Under the pieces are notes generated by a model, which saw only the letters and a list, made by a program, of their open reading frames with translations, was not told where the DNA came from and did not search any database. A stretch of 64,000 nucleotides of DNA, taken from Batkoa obscura (lineage: Eukaryota). The stretch spans positions 1,364,001 to 1,428,000 of the forward strand of contig JASVEC010000010.1 of NCBI GenBank assembly GCA_030770535.1, written 5' to 3'. Made by a program: the position numbers and the translations under genes. This document shows positions 36,501 to 48,612 of the stretch, in pieces (within the stretch, counting starts at the first letter, position 1; the number at the start of each line of letters is the position of its first letter).

Positions 36501-37652
36501 ATGTCTTGTTTAACCTTAAATAATACCTCTTTCGTTAAAGCTGATAAACTGAATGCTTCTCATAAACGTATGTCTTCACCCGCTTTATCCAACTATTTTG
36601 AGTCTCCCAATAAGGCGCTTGCACCAGCAAAATGCTTATACTGCGACGCCAACAACAACTGTCTAATAACTCCTGGGGATACAGTATATAACAAAATTGG
36701 AGGACATATCAATAATAAATTTGACTATGAGAACATTCATTGCTTAAAAAAATTTTTATGTAATGCTTCGGAGACATTTTTTGAAGATGTGTTTGAAGCA
36801 AACTCAACTCACCTTGGTTCTGGAGCCAATGGTTTGGTATCCTGCTATACACCTAAAGACAAAGAGATCCCAAAGCAAGCCGTTAAAGAATTTACTCAGC
36901 TATCGCCTAATGAGCTGGAATCGGATTATTTTAAACGTCATGCTAATGAAATTTATATTGGCGCTATGTTAGAGCATGAAAATATCATCCATGCTCATCA
37001 ATTTTTATATCAAGATAAGAGGTTTTATTTGATTATGGAATATTGTCCGTATGAATTTTTTGATATGGTATGTTCTGGTAAATTAAGTGAAGAAGAAATT
37101 GATGACTTTTTCTTTCAATTGATAAATGGAGTTAAGTTTTTACACAAGAATAATGTAGTTCATCGTGATCTTAAGTTGGAAAATTTAATGATTGATGCTA
37201 ATGGTACCCTTAAAATTGTTGATTTTGGATTTGCGGCTATACTAAAAAATAAAGGTAAAGGTTTACTTTGTAGTGGTTTATGGGGCTCAGATCCATATAT
37301 TGCGCCTGAAATGTTTTCAACAAATCAATATGATGCAACCAAAACGGACATATGGTCGATTGCAATTATTTATTTAGCTTTAGTAACTGGAAGATTTGCT
37401 TGGGATGTAGCTAAAGAGGAGGATCATTATTATGCTAAATACTTAGTTGATTCCGATTCTATTGCGGAATTAATTCCAAATAAAAAAGCGGTGAATTTAA
37501 TAATTTCAATGTTAAATCCAGATCCCAGTAAAAGAGCTTCTATGGATGATATCTGGTCAGATCCTTGGTTTACTTCTATTATGGCTAAACATTATGAAAG
37601 AAGGTTAAAAAATCAACACACTACTACAAGGTTATTACAATTGACCAGTTAA
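36501..37652 (+). CDS. Ser/Thr protein kinase, fungal NPR/HAL-like
   Basis: LGSGANG, AVKEF, EIYIGAMLEHENII, HRDLKLEN, DFG, GSDPYIAPE, DIWS; intronless. Confidence 0.92.
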   Translation: MSCLTLNNTSFVKADKLNASHKRMSSPALSNYFESPNKALAPAKCLYCDANNNCLITPGDTVYNKIGGHINNKFDYENIHCLKKFLCNASETFFEDVFEANSTHLGSGANGLVSCYTPKDKEIPKQAVKEFTQLSPNELESDYFKRHANEIYIGAMLEHENIIHAHQFLYQDKRFYLIMEYCPYEFFDMVCSGKLSEEEIDDFFFQLINGVKFLHKNNVVHRDLKLENLMIDANGTLKIVDFGFAAILKNKGKGLLCSGLWGSDPYIAPEMFSTNQYDATKTDIWSIAIIYLALVTGRFAWDVAKEEDHYYAKYLVDSDSIAELIPNKKAVNLIISMLNPDPSKRASMDDIWSDPWFTSIMAKHYERRLKNQHTTTRLLQLTS

Positions 37653-39159
37653 ATGATTTAACTTTGGCAAACTTATTAACGACGATTTATCATGCATCAT
37701 GTTCTTTATCTCTATCTATTATGTGTTCTATCATTTTATTTTTTTGTTTTATTAAAATAGTTTATATTTATTTAATATCTTAATTTTCGTATATTTGTTT
37801 TAATCTAATACACTATCATTATATAACAAATCAAGGAGTAAGAAGGGGGGGGTATTACAAGATGAAAATTCATTATCTAAAGTAACACATGGTTTTAATA
37901 TCTTTTAGATTAGATAAACAAGATTTAAAAATCAAATGTGCAATCAATATATTTTTGATGTAAAATGATTTGTATAGCTAAATAATCCTAAACGTAGAAT
38001 TGGGAATTTTGATTTTATATCTGTCAATTACAAAAATAGAGAAAGTTCTTATTATTAAATTCAATAAATACAATGCTAAAATACCCAGTTCTATGCTTAG
38101 GATTATTTAGTAGGAAAAAATAAAATATCAGTTCAATGCAATTGAGTTATAAATAAATAAGGCTTATTATTTAACGAGATTTTAAAAAACGAAAAGATAT
38201 TTAAAGCAATTGAGAATTAGATGGGTGTAATGAAACTAGTTGGTTAATAAGCTTTAAAAACAAATATTAAATAGAGAATAAATATTCACTTTTCCCATAT
38301 TTAAAATAATACCTTGTCTTTTAAAATATTTCTTAAAAAACTAGAATTTCTACAAAAAATATTTTTGAAACAATACAATGAGCTCATTTTTGCGTTTTAT
38401 CTATCAGTTTTATTTTAATTTTCTTTAAAATTATTATTTATGAGCTCATAATTTTTAAATTAAAAAAGAATTAAACTTGATTTTGGAATTAAAGGGTCTT
38501 TTTTCAAAAATAGTCTTGATTTGGTAATCAAATTTAATTTTTGTTAAATATTTTTATAGTTGTAACAATAAAACTATTAAAGATAAATAAGGTTATTGCT
38601 TATAACTAACAAAACCCATATACTATGAACAGTAATTTTTCAGTTTATAAATAATCTTTTGAAATTTGATATTAACTTTAAAGTTAAAAAAGTAAAACAT
38701 AAACTTATTTTATTGGTGAAAATTTCAATTCACCAACTTTACCTTAAATTTTTATAATAGTACAAGTTTCACTTTTATTGATAGTTTCATATTTATTTGA
38801 AAGTTATCTTAAATTGAATTAATTCTGATTATCATTATAAGGTGATCATTATTACGTAAGGGTCAAGAAGTTAAGGCTTTATCTGATATGGAGTTTTGAA
38901 AAATCGGGTCCGAATACTAACTCATAAAATTCTAACAATAATTTTGATTTTTTGTTGGATATTTTATTTACTATAAGCTTTTATTTTTATAAACGAACAT
39001 CAAGAATCTACGTAATTGATTGTTTTTTATTATACCTTAATTATAAATATGTTCACTTGATGTATTCAGTATGATGATGAACTTGACACTAATTGTATAA
39101 TTTAATCCAATCAATGCCCTCCCTGTTCTTTTTGATGAGAACTTAATTTTTATTCTCCT

Positions 39160-39255
39160 AAGGATGTTTTTTTACTTCATTACTTTTTCTATCTTTTAAG
39201 CGCTATTTGAGTGGAAAATGGTTATTAAAACTCATAAATACAAAAATACATTCTC
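39160..39255 (-). mobile_element. MITE copy 15 (eroded ends)
   Basis: Core CTTTTAAGCGCTATTTGAGTGGAAAA matches; termini and TSD degenerate. Confidence 0.82.
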
Positions 39256-39653
39256 CTCCTTTTAAAAACGTGGACAAATCTTCAATTGTAAAGGAATTTA
39301 TTTTCACTAAGAAATTGTCCGAGTTTTAAATAAAAAACTGATAAATAAATGAAACTAGAAAAGACATTTAACTTTTTCAAGTCATTAATAAATATACATT
39401 TTTGAACTGTTGACAAAATTCGATGTTTTTATAAACTTTGATGATTGGCTTATTCATTCAACAGTAACTCAAGTAAACAAATCGTAAAATTTCAACTCAA
39501 CAAACATTTAAAATCAAAGTTGAAACGCTTAATGAATATCCAAATAAAAAGATCCCTAGTTTAAACTTATTAAAAAAATTAAAACTAAAACCCTTCTATT
39601 TTAATTAGTATTTTCATTCTTTTAAACCTCCAACTTTAAAATCTCATAATTAT

Positions 39654-39926
39654 ATGGAAACACCTGAAAAAAAACGAATAACTACTTATATCGAAGATAC
39701 CAACGTAATCAAATATGATAATTCTCAAGCTTTTCCTCCTTATCCAACTTTAGAAGATCCAGATAAATTACTAGCAGATGGTACTACTATTATTGGCTTC
39801 CCAATTGGTTTAGTCATATTTTTAATTATTTTTTTTACTGGGTTTGGGTTTTGGGTAGCAGGGACAATAAGAAGACTTATATATAGAAAATCGTATTTAG
39901 CTGCTAGGAAAGAAGCAAAGGCATAA
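39654..39926 (+). CDS. Small single-pass membrane protein, unknown function
   Basis: 90-aa ATG ORF with one TM (IIGFPIGLVIFLIIFFTGFGFWVAG) followed by a basic tail. Confidence 0.6.
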   Translation: METPEKKRITTYIEDTNVIKYDNSQAFPPYPTLEDPDKLLADGTTIIGFPIGLVIFLIIFFTGFGFWVAGTIRRLIYRKSYLAARKEAKA

Positions 39927-40223
39927 AAAGAGAGAGATGAGTGTATTTTTACTCATTTATTTGTGGAGAAGGAGGAGAAGGGAAAGGGGAAGGAGTGTTA
40001 GTTTCTTATCTTTTTTTATTATTATTGTCAAAAAAATTAATATTTTTATGTTTTATTAAACAAAATTTTATAATGAGTTTGTACTTTGAATAGTCTTTAT
40101 TTTTTGATTGTTTTTTTAAGCTTAAATCCTGAAATTATTGTGAAATAATGAGTCAAAAAATTTAGTAATAGAAACTAGTAATAGAAACTTAGCTTGCTTT
40201 TTTAATAAAATCAAAAATAAAAG

Positions 40224-41791
40224 ATGAGTTCTATACCATACACTTCTTACACCAAAATAGACAAAACAAATGTATTACCATTTAGTCCCATGTTAAGTAG
40301 TTTAATACGAAAAGGCCAATATATAGCTATTGATTTTGAGTTTACTGGATTAGGAGAAATGGGGTATAATAAGTTAGAGAAAGATATTAATTTGAGGTAT
40401 AAAAAGATGCGAGAGAATGTACAACAATTCAGTTTATTAAGTATGGGATTATCCTTCTTTCATCAAAAAGAAAGTAACGAGAATTTGTTTTTAGCCAATT
40501 CATTCGAACTCACTTTATCTTGTCAGGTAAATTGATTCTATATTATTTTTAATACTTTTTTAAATGTTATTATATTTTATATTTTAGACAACATATAAAA
40601 TCAATCCAAGTTCTTTAGAATTCTTATTAGATAACGGGTTTGATATTAATAATCAGATAAAAAATGGAATCCCATATTTTCCAGGGGATAATGGAATCGA
40701 TAAAGAATTGTTAAAGAAGATAGAACCAAATAATAAAAAAGTAAGTATATAAGTTTTAGCATCTAAACAATAACAATTAACAAAATGAAAAGTTTAAAAG
40801 AGAAGAACGCCCATTAAGTCAACCTGAAAAATACAATCGAATCTTAAGGACAATGGTTTATGAATTAATCACCAGTTCTTGTACATTAATATTACATAAT
40901 GGTTTATTAGATTTAATGTATTTATATAATTCCTTTTTTGCAACATTACCATTAAATTTAGATACTTTTATTGCTGATGTAAGTAGTTGGCCAATTATTC
41001 AACAAAATGGCTTATTTGATACTAAATGTTTAGCTGAATTTCAATTTCGTGAAAAAGCAAGTTATTTATCATTTTTATTTAATAAAGCTTATAGAGAGCA
41101 AACAGTATTGAAGAAAATGAAACAGATAATGGAAGATGATAGTAATGAATTAAAAAACATAAATTATTTTGAAGTGAATATTCAACCTGGGGTTAATTTA
41201 AATAATAAGATAGAAAATGATAAAAAAGAAGTTAAAATTAATCCGAAAGATTCAATAGATTATAATATAGATATTAAAATTGATAAAGAATATTGTATGC
41301 GATATATTTATCATGGTAATTGTCCTAATAAACCTAATAAACAATTAGATTTGGGCCAAGGACCAAATCAACAAAAGTGTATGAAATCTCATCATTTATT
41401 GAATTATTTAAATCATTGTTTAAAATTACAACTTTATAATACAAAGAATAATTCAGATCCTAATGTTCAAGTGTTTTTATTTGAACATTTTAAATCGAAT
41501 ACCAATATTTATCAACAAAGTTTAAAAGTTGCTGAAGATATTTTTATATCAAATAAGGATCCGACTCTTTCAGATACGAAACATACTGCCCCTTATGATG
41601 CTTTTATGACTGCTTATACTTTTTTGCATTTTTTATTTTATCCTGATGTTAAATTGAGATTAGATAATAATAAGGAATTTAAAAATAATATTTATTTAAT
41701 GGGACGAAATTTACCACTGAAGATTGTTAAATCTAAGTTTACTCAATGTTCAAATTCAGCTAATATCATATTAAATAATTTATTGAATTGA
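40224..41791 (+). CDS. TOE1: TOE1-like CAF1-family DEDD 3' exonuclease with CCCH finger, 3 exons
   Basis: Exons 40224-40526, 40588-40740, 40793-41791. IAIDFEFTGLG, LHNGLLDLMYLY, DTKCLAEFQFREKASYL, HTAPYDAFMTAY, NNIYLMGRNLPLKIVKSKF parallel TOE1 motifs. Confidence 0.82.
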
Positions 41792-41999
41792 ATTAATGAT
41801 AATAATAAAAAGTATTGACTTATAGAGAATTGTAATTTAAATTTATAAAAAATAAAATTTGGAATGATTTAAAAATTATGATTCAAATTTAAAAACAATA
41901 AAAATTACCTAAATCAATTCTAATAATGCTTTAATTTATATTTTATTATTTTTAAAATTCTAGTATAGTTTCCGGATTCTTTCATTTCCTTCACTTAAT

Positions 42000-42182
42000 T
42001 TAAATATTAAACCCAAGGTCTCTCATACATTTTTTATGCTTATTAATAATATCTAAACAATTTTCCTCTCCATTAAGGAAGACACAGTTATCTCTTTCTT
42101 TTTTAGTATCTGGACAAGCACAACATGGTTTTAATTTAGTATCATCTTTCTTTATTGAGGTTTCTACCGGTTTAGAGTCCAT
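42000..42182 (-). CDS. COX17: Mitochondrial copper chaperone Cox17
   Basis: [16 protein letters not shown]...C...[12 protein letters not shown], twin CX9C pattern. Confidence 0.97.
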   Translation of the reverse strand: MDSKPVETSIKKDDTKLKPCCACPDTKKERDNCVFLNGEENCLDIINKHKKCMRDLGFNI

Positions 42183-42569
42183 TTTTTGTATTTATGATAT
42201 TTGATTTAAAAAAATGAGTTGATTTTGCTTTAAATCGAAAAATAATTTTTTTGGTAATGTAGGGTTTCTGGGTTTACTTTTTATAAGGGATAAAATTGAT
42301 TGGTGACTTCCAGAAGTTTCTTTTCAAATTGATACTAGTTAAATTTCATGAGTAATAGTTTAACAGTAATTAGCAATATGGATTAGTAATATAGATTAGT
42401 TTAAAGACCCGATTGTAATTTTGTTCAATTTTGATATTTAATAAAAGTTGCAAACTTAATACTAAATACTAAGAAATTAGTTGCTTTTTTCCTTAATTTT
42501 AAGATAATTCAAATTATGTTTTTTTTGTCCAATTTTGTAATAATTTTTTAGAGATTTTATATTACATAG

Positions 42570-42670
42570 GGGGGTGTATCTTTTTGTATTTAAGAATTTT
42601 ACTAACAAATTTTCCGCTTTAAATAGTAGTTAAAAAATGGAAAAAAGAATGAAGTCAAAAAAACACTCCC
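42570..42670 (+). mobile_element. MITE copy 16
   Basis: Consensus match; ATAG on both flanks. Confidence 0.92.
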
Positions 42671-42714
42671 ATAGGAAGAAAATGGCTAAGAAAAGGGAGA
42701 TTAAAAAATTGTAT

Positions 42715-42813
42715 AGAGGTGTTTTTTTAGTTTCATTACTTTTTCCATTTTTTTGAGTGCTATTCAGGTAGAAAGATTACTAGTAAAATTCTTAAACAAA
42801 AAAATACATCACC
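42715..42813 (-). mobile_element. MITE copy 17
   Basis: Consensus match; flanks GTAT/ATAT. Confidence 0.88.
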
Positions 42814-43468
42814 ATATTTTTAATTTTAATCAAATTTATAAACTTACCCATATATAAATACTATTAAATAAACAAAATTTTATCAATAAAGCAATAAAAA
42901 GTTGAAATATTTTCTTTTAATAATAATAATAATAATAATAATGTAACTCCACATTTTTGAAATCTCTTAAAAAACAAATATCTTTCACTCCCTATCAGGA
43001 TCATTAATTAAGCCAAACTACTTTCAAAAGTGAAATACTATAATTGAACAAGATTCAATACAAGTTAAATGCATTTTAAAAAATGATGTAAAAAAGACTA
43101 ATATCAAAGCTAGTAATGACTTTGATGACGTATATATTTAGTATGAATATAAAATGCAGTAAATTAATGTATTTTATACTTACAAAAAGTATATAAACAA
43201 TTGTATCTCTTTATTGAGTATTTTTATATTTATTTTAGAAAATAAAACTATACTTTTTAATTCTATTAATTACATTAATTTATTTAACTTAATCTAATAT
43301 ATATTACTTACCCTATACTTATTTACGAAGACTTCAAAACTTTATATTATTCTTAGTCAAACATTGGGTCTATCTTACTTTACTTCATATCAACTCATCC
43401 ATTGGTATGTCTCTAGGCTTAAGGAGCTTAAGATCCTTAGGACTTAAATATGTAATCTTTTTAATTAT

Positions 43469-45205
43469 TCACCCTTCCTTTTGTAACTTTTCTTGAACGA
43501 TTTGAATCAATAATAAATTGAACCCACTCATTGCTTTAGTTGCTGGGAACTTTGTCAATTCTTTTAAAAATTCAATACCTTTTTCAATATATTTTTCATT
43601 TCCTTTATAGTCACTTCTTTTCCCATATCTTAATATAAACATAATGACACTAGCTAATGCTGGACAATTAATAGCTAATGTTAAATTTAAATGAGCATTA
43701 ATGGAACTATCAATTAAAGTATGACATTTTAAAAAGATTTGTTGAATTATAAAAGGAGTGAGGGTATCAAATGGTTTCTTAGGTGAGTACTCATTAGATT
43801 CATAATATTGTTTTTCATCAGATAAATGGAATTTTGTAGTAATTAATAGAAATTGTAAATAATCATAAAAATAGGTGAAAACATTTTGATATTGATTAAT
43901 TATGAGTTTTATATTGGGATCATTGATTTTTTTTATTAAAGTAAGCATTAAAACTTTATAGGTATTATATACTTTTGTTAATTGATATTGTAATTTGTTG
44001 AATTCTAAATCATAATTATTAGATTGATTGAACTTTAATTTATTTTTTTCATTGATGAGTTTAAGATTGAAAAAGAAATTGGACATTATAAAATAATATT
44101 GAATTAATTTAAAATGTAAGAATTGTTGTATTAATTCATTTTGTTTATTAAAATCAAATGAATTTTCAATTAACTTTTTTTTATAATAATTTTCCATTTT
44201 ATTTAATTCAATAGAATATTGAGGTGCCATTAAATAAGTTCCAATATTTAAATAAGCTATTGTATAATAAAATGTTAATATACAATAAGTGTTTAATCTT
44301 TCTTCATTTTCAATATTATTTTTATACTTGATATGATGATTTAAACCAATTGCCTGTGCCATTCTATTACATAAAAATAATAGATATTCTTTTTGTTGAC
44401 CAATCCAGGGGAAACAAGGTATAGCTATAATTAAAATTAAAATTAATTGAATTAATTGTAAATTAGGTGGAATTGTAAGTATCTTTGAAATAAATATTGC
44501 TAATTTTGATTCAAAATAAGAAATCAATTGTTTAATAATGGGAGTAGTTTCCATATGTAATAAACCAGCTAATAAAATAGTTGATTTTAAATAAAAATTA
44601 CATGAATGAAAATTAAATTGATTTGAATTAAATAAAGGTAATAATTTATTAACTTTAATAAAATAAATATTAATTGCTTGTTTTAATATTGGACCAATAG
44701 AATTAATATTAGGTTCTGGACATGATTGAATTAATTTATTATTTTTTTGATTTTTTTGATTAGCTAAATTTAATTTTTGAGTTATTAATAATAATAAGTT
44801 GAGACCTAAATTTGAATATTGTAAAGATGGATTTTGTAAAAAATTATATAAATTTTCAAAGATTGATTTACGTGGAAATTGATTGAATATTATTTGTATA
44901 TTATAATTCATATTAGAATCTTTTAATATTTTAAATAGTTTTAATTCCTCATTTTTTGATTGAAATTTATTTTCATTTATATAAACAAAACTAAATACAT
45001 TAATCTTATTTTTTAAATTGTCTTGATTTTTTTTATTGATTTTTGTTTTATTATAAATTACTGTTCGATTGTAAGTACATGGAACATTTCTTTTAATACA
45101 TTGATTACATGTTGGTAAATTTCGATCACATTTATAATGATATTTAAAACATAAATCACATCGATGACCTTTTATTGATTGTTTGAAATGAGTTGAGGTG
45201 GTCAT
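43469..45205 (-). CDS. Zn(II)2Cys6 transcription factor
   Basis: CDLCFKYHYKCDRNLPTCNQCIKRNVPC; middle-homology-like RMAQAIGLN..EERLN. First ATG is at 45205; the ORF track starts at a TTG. Confidence 0.88.
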   Translation of the reverse strand: MTTSTHFKQSIKGHRCDLCFKYHYKCDRNLPTCNQCIKRNVPCTYNRTVIYNKTKINKKNQDNLKNKINVFSFVYINENKFQSKNEELKLFKILKDSNMNYNIQIIFNQFPRKSIFENLYNFLQNPSLQYSNLGLNLLLLITQKLNLANQKNQKNNKLIQSCPEPNINSIGPILKQAINIYFIKVNKLLPLFNSNQFNFHSCNFYLKSTILLAGLLHMETTPIIKQLISYFESKLAIFISKILTIPPNLQLIQLILILIIAIPCFPWIGQQKEYLLFLCNRMAQAIGLNHHIKYKNNIENEERLNTYCILTFYYTIAYLNIGTYLMAPQYSIELNKMENYYKKKLIENSFDFNKQNELIQQFLHFKLIQYYFIMSNFFFNLKLINEKNKLKFNQSNNYDLEFNKLQYQLTKVYNTYKVLMLTLIKKINDPNIKLIINQYQNVFTYFYDYLQFLLITTKFHLSDEKQYYESNEYSPKKPFDTLTPFIIQQIFLKCHTLIDSSINAHLNLTLAINCPALASVIMFILRYGKRSDYKGNEKYIEKGIEFLKELTKFPATKAMSGFNLLLIQIVQEKLQKEG

Positions 45206-46112
45206 TTTATTAATATTAAAAACAAAAAACAAACAAATAAGAAAATAAATTGTAATTATTTTTTAATAAAAAAGGAAGCATAAAAACAATTAAGAGATGT
45301 AAAAACGATTACGGAATTATTATTTTTAACTTGTACCAATCAAAAGTAGAATTTAAGAACAAAAAGCTTAAGTAATGTTACAAGTAATAAATCCAATTTC
45401 ACTTTTAAATTATTTTAAAAATAAATAATATTTTTATTAATATTTTCATCTTTTTAATAAAATAATTTAATCTTTTAGAACCTTAATTTTAAAGTTGTTT
45501 TTTTCTATTGGAAATAACATTTAATAAACTTCAACTTAAAAAGGTAATAAGTTAATTGTTTTATTTTCAATTAATAATAATTTATATTAATAAAATAAAC
45601 TAAAAAAATAATTTAAATTATTATAATAGAAAAAATACATATTAATTATTTCATTATTTAATTATTATGAGATTTCAATTAAATTTGGAAATCTATTTTT
45701 ATTACTGAAAATACAAAATATATAAAATATATAAAAATAAGTTAATAAAGATAATTTATTTTATTAAATAAAATATAATCCAATTAAAATTATTATTTTT
45801 ATTAATTAAATAGTGTTTGTTGTCAATGTCAATGTTTAAACTTAAGTGATTAGATTTTATAAAATTAAATATTGAAATATATCTCAAAATGAAATAAAAT
45901 TGCAATTAAATTCTGAAACTAATATATATACATATATTCACAAAATATTTTAGGATTTATTTATTATATAATTTAAATATGTTTTTTATTTAGCATTTTA
46001 TTTTTATTTTTTAAGTATTATTCTATTTGAGATGGAAAAAAGTTATTAGAATTAAATATAAAGATCTTTTTATTTTTGACATCTTTGAATTATTTTTAAA
46101 AAAAGAGAATAT

Positions 46113-46212
46113 GGGGGGTATTTTTTTGACTTCATCACTTTTTGCATTTTTTAAGCGCTATTTGAGCAAAAAAAATTGCTAGTAAAATTCTTGGACAAAA
46201 AAATACATCCCC
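46113..46212 (-). mobile_element. MITE copy 18
   Basis: Consensus match; ATAT/ATAT flanks. Confidence 0.9.
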
Positions 46213-46636
46213 ATATTCTAGAAATACTTGTATAATTAATTAGCCAAAATCAAAAGTCAAAATGAGGCTTATGAAAAAGAAAAAATATTCAAAAATTCAA
46301 TTCAATTATTTGATAAAACAATTACTCGTTTTTATTTAACTTCCTTGTAATTGTTATAATTCAATTTGAAAAAAGTTTTCTACTTTTATTAATATTCTAA
46401 TATTATTCTATTATTAATTTGATTTAAAAAATACACTCTCATTTGTATTCTGTCAATTGTTTTGTCAATTGGTTTCAACTTTTCACATTAATCTTATTCA
46501 CCCAAATGACCTAAGCATTTTAAAAGCTTTTATTAACTAAGCCAATCAAACTAAATTTAATTGAACCAACAAAAACTGAAACATGTGAAAAGGAGATATT
46601 AAATTAAGTTAATAAATTAAGTTAAGTTTTTTTTAC

Positions 46637-46703
46637 TTTATATTTTATATTTTATATTTTATATTTTATATTTTATATTTTATATTTTATACTTTATATT
46701 TTA
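46637..46703. repeat. (TTTATAT)n heptamer microsatellite
   Basis: About 9 units immediately upstream of the ATG at 46741. Confidence 0.9.
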
Positions 46704-46740
46704 TTTTACCTTTTTATTAATATATATATCAATAAAGACA

Positions 46741-48198
46741 ATGAAAACAATTACTTATAACCCAATGGAAACAAAAAGTTTAACTCGACGTCAATATTTG
46801 ATGAATTTAATATCTCAATTTCCAATTTATAAATTAATTCAATATTTAATTTATTATATCTTAGGAGGTGGAGTTGCATGGAAGCTATTATCTTATATCC
46901 TCCCATTTATAGCACAAAAATTATTAAATCAAAGTATATTAAAAATTGATTCTATATTTATTAATGAATGTCAAGCTGATTCAATGATGATGTATACTAA
47001 TTTATCTTTAGAAAAAGTGGGACCAGTACCAGTTACTATTAAATTTGATGAGGAAGTGAAGTTTGGATTTATGAAAGATGGGGAAGTTAAAATATTTGGT
47101 TGTGTAGATATGCCTATATTAGAAGTTCAACCTAATATTAGAAATATGAAAAGTATCGGATTAAAACTGAAGATTAAAGAAGTAGAATTAATGAGTGAAT
47201 TTTGTAAATATATATTAAATGGAAGTTTAGATTGTGAATTATATTTAATTGGGAAATGTAATATTTATTTATTTGGTTTAATACCAATTAAAAATTTGAA
47301 CTTAAATAAAATTATATCAATTACAGGAATGAATTCATTAAAGGAATTAACAATCAATAAAATAAGAGTATTAAATGGAGATTTAAATAATATTTATTTA
47401 AATGTAGTATGTAATTTATTTAATCCTTCTTTATTTGAAATTGAATTTGGGCAAGTGAATTTTAATTTGTATTATAAAAATTGTAATATTGGGCATATTA
47501 CAATGGAGAAGATGAATTTAAATTGTGATTCAAATACTTTAGATTCCATGACTTATTTTCATCCATTAGAAAAAGATACATTAATTGCAGGTGAATTATT
47601 AAGTCAATTTTGTTCAGGAAAGGAGAGTGATATTGTTATTAAAGGAAATCATCCCAATTCTCACCCTATTCAATATTGGAAAGAGGCTTTAGAAGATTTA
47701 TTAATTCCTTGTAAAATGATGGGTATTAAAGAAAAATTAATTAAATGTGCAAGACTACAATTAAATCCAAGTTCTTTATTATCAGGTATTTGGAATTCAG
47801 CTGCTCCTTCTAAATTAGAATTATATAATCCATTTGAATGTAATATTTATATTAAAAAAATTGAATCGGATGTATTTATGAATAATAATAATAATAATAA
47901 TCATATAAAAGACAATAATGATAATAATAATAACTTAATAATACAAGATAATATTGGTAATTTAATTAAAGATTTAAAATCACACCCACTATTAATGAAT
48001 AGTAAAACAATTACAATATCTAGTCAAATGGATTTAAAATTAAATTTAGATTTTCAAAAATATAAGTTATTATATAATGCTTTAATAAATAATCAATTAT
48101 TATTTAATGTAGAAGCTAAAATAGAAGCTAATTTAGGTAATTATCCTTGTGAAATTAATTATGTTCAACAAAATGTTCCTATTGATTTTGGATTATAA
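46741..48198 (+). CDS. Membrane-anchored DUF3712/LEA2-like beta-sandwich protein
   Basis: N-terminal hydrophobic anchor then IAQKLLNQSIL; GPVPVTIKF, GMNSLK, FNPSLFEIEFGQVNFNLYY, LYNPFECNIYI repeats typical of this family (recognised by eye). Confidence 0.65.
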   Translation: MKTITYNPMETKSLTRRQYLMNLISQFPIYKLIQYLIYYILGGGVAWKLLSYILPFIAQKLLNQSILKIDSIFINECQADSMMMYTNLSLEKVGPVPVTIKFDEEVKFGFMKDGEVKIFGCVDMPILEVQPNIRNMKSIGLKLKIKEVELMSEFCKYILNGSLDCELYLIGKCNIYLFGLIPIKNLNLNKIISITGMNSLKELTINKIRVLNGDLNNIYLNVVCNLFNPSLFEIEFGQVNFNLYYKNCNIGHITMEKMNLNCDSNTLDSMTYFHPLEKDTLIAGELLSQFCSGKESDIVIKGNHPNSHPIQYWKEALEDLLIPCKMMGIKEKLIKCARLQLNPSSLLSGIWNSAAPSKLELYNPFECNIYIKKIESDVFMNNNNNNNHIKDNNDNNNNLIIQDNIGNLIKDLKSHPLLMNSKTITISSQMDLKLNLDFQKYKLLYNALINNQLLFNVEAKIEANLGNYPCEINYVQQNVPIDFGL

Positions 48199-48313
48199 AA
48201 AAGAATAAAGTGAAAAAGTGTTAATCAAAGAGAAGAAGAGTGAAGAAAGAGTGAAGAAGAGAGATGAATAACATGTGATGTTGTTATAGTATTATGTAAT
48301 ATTATAAATGAAT

Positions 48314-48577
48314 TTAATTTTTAGGTAAATAAGTATATGGTATTAAATAAGCGGAATGATCCAATTGATTATCAGATAATGCTGAATGACGAAATTTAAT
48401 GGAACTTTTATCTAGTGTAAATGATAATTGTTTGATTTCAGGTTCAAGGATAATGTTGGGTATATTTTTATCTTGTTTTAATTGAAAATAATCAAATAAA
48501 TTAGATTTATATTTATAAATTATAACAATTATAAGTATTATAAGTATTATTATTGATATTAATATATAAGTTATTAA

Positions 48578-48612
<35 letters not shown>

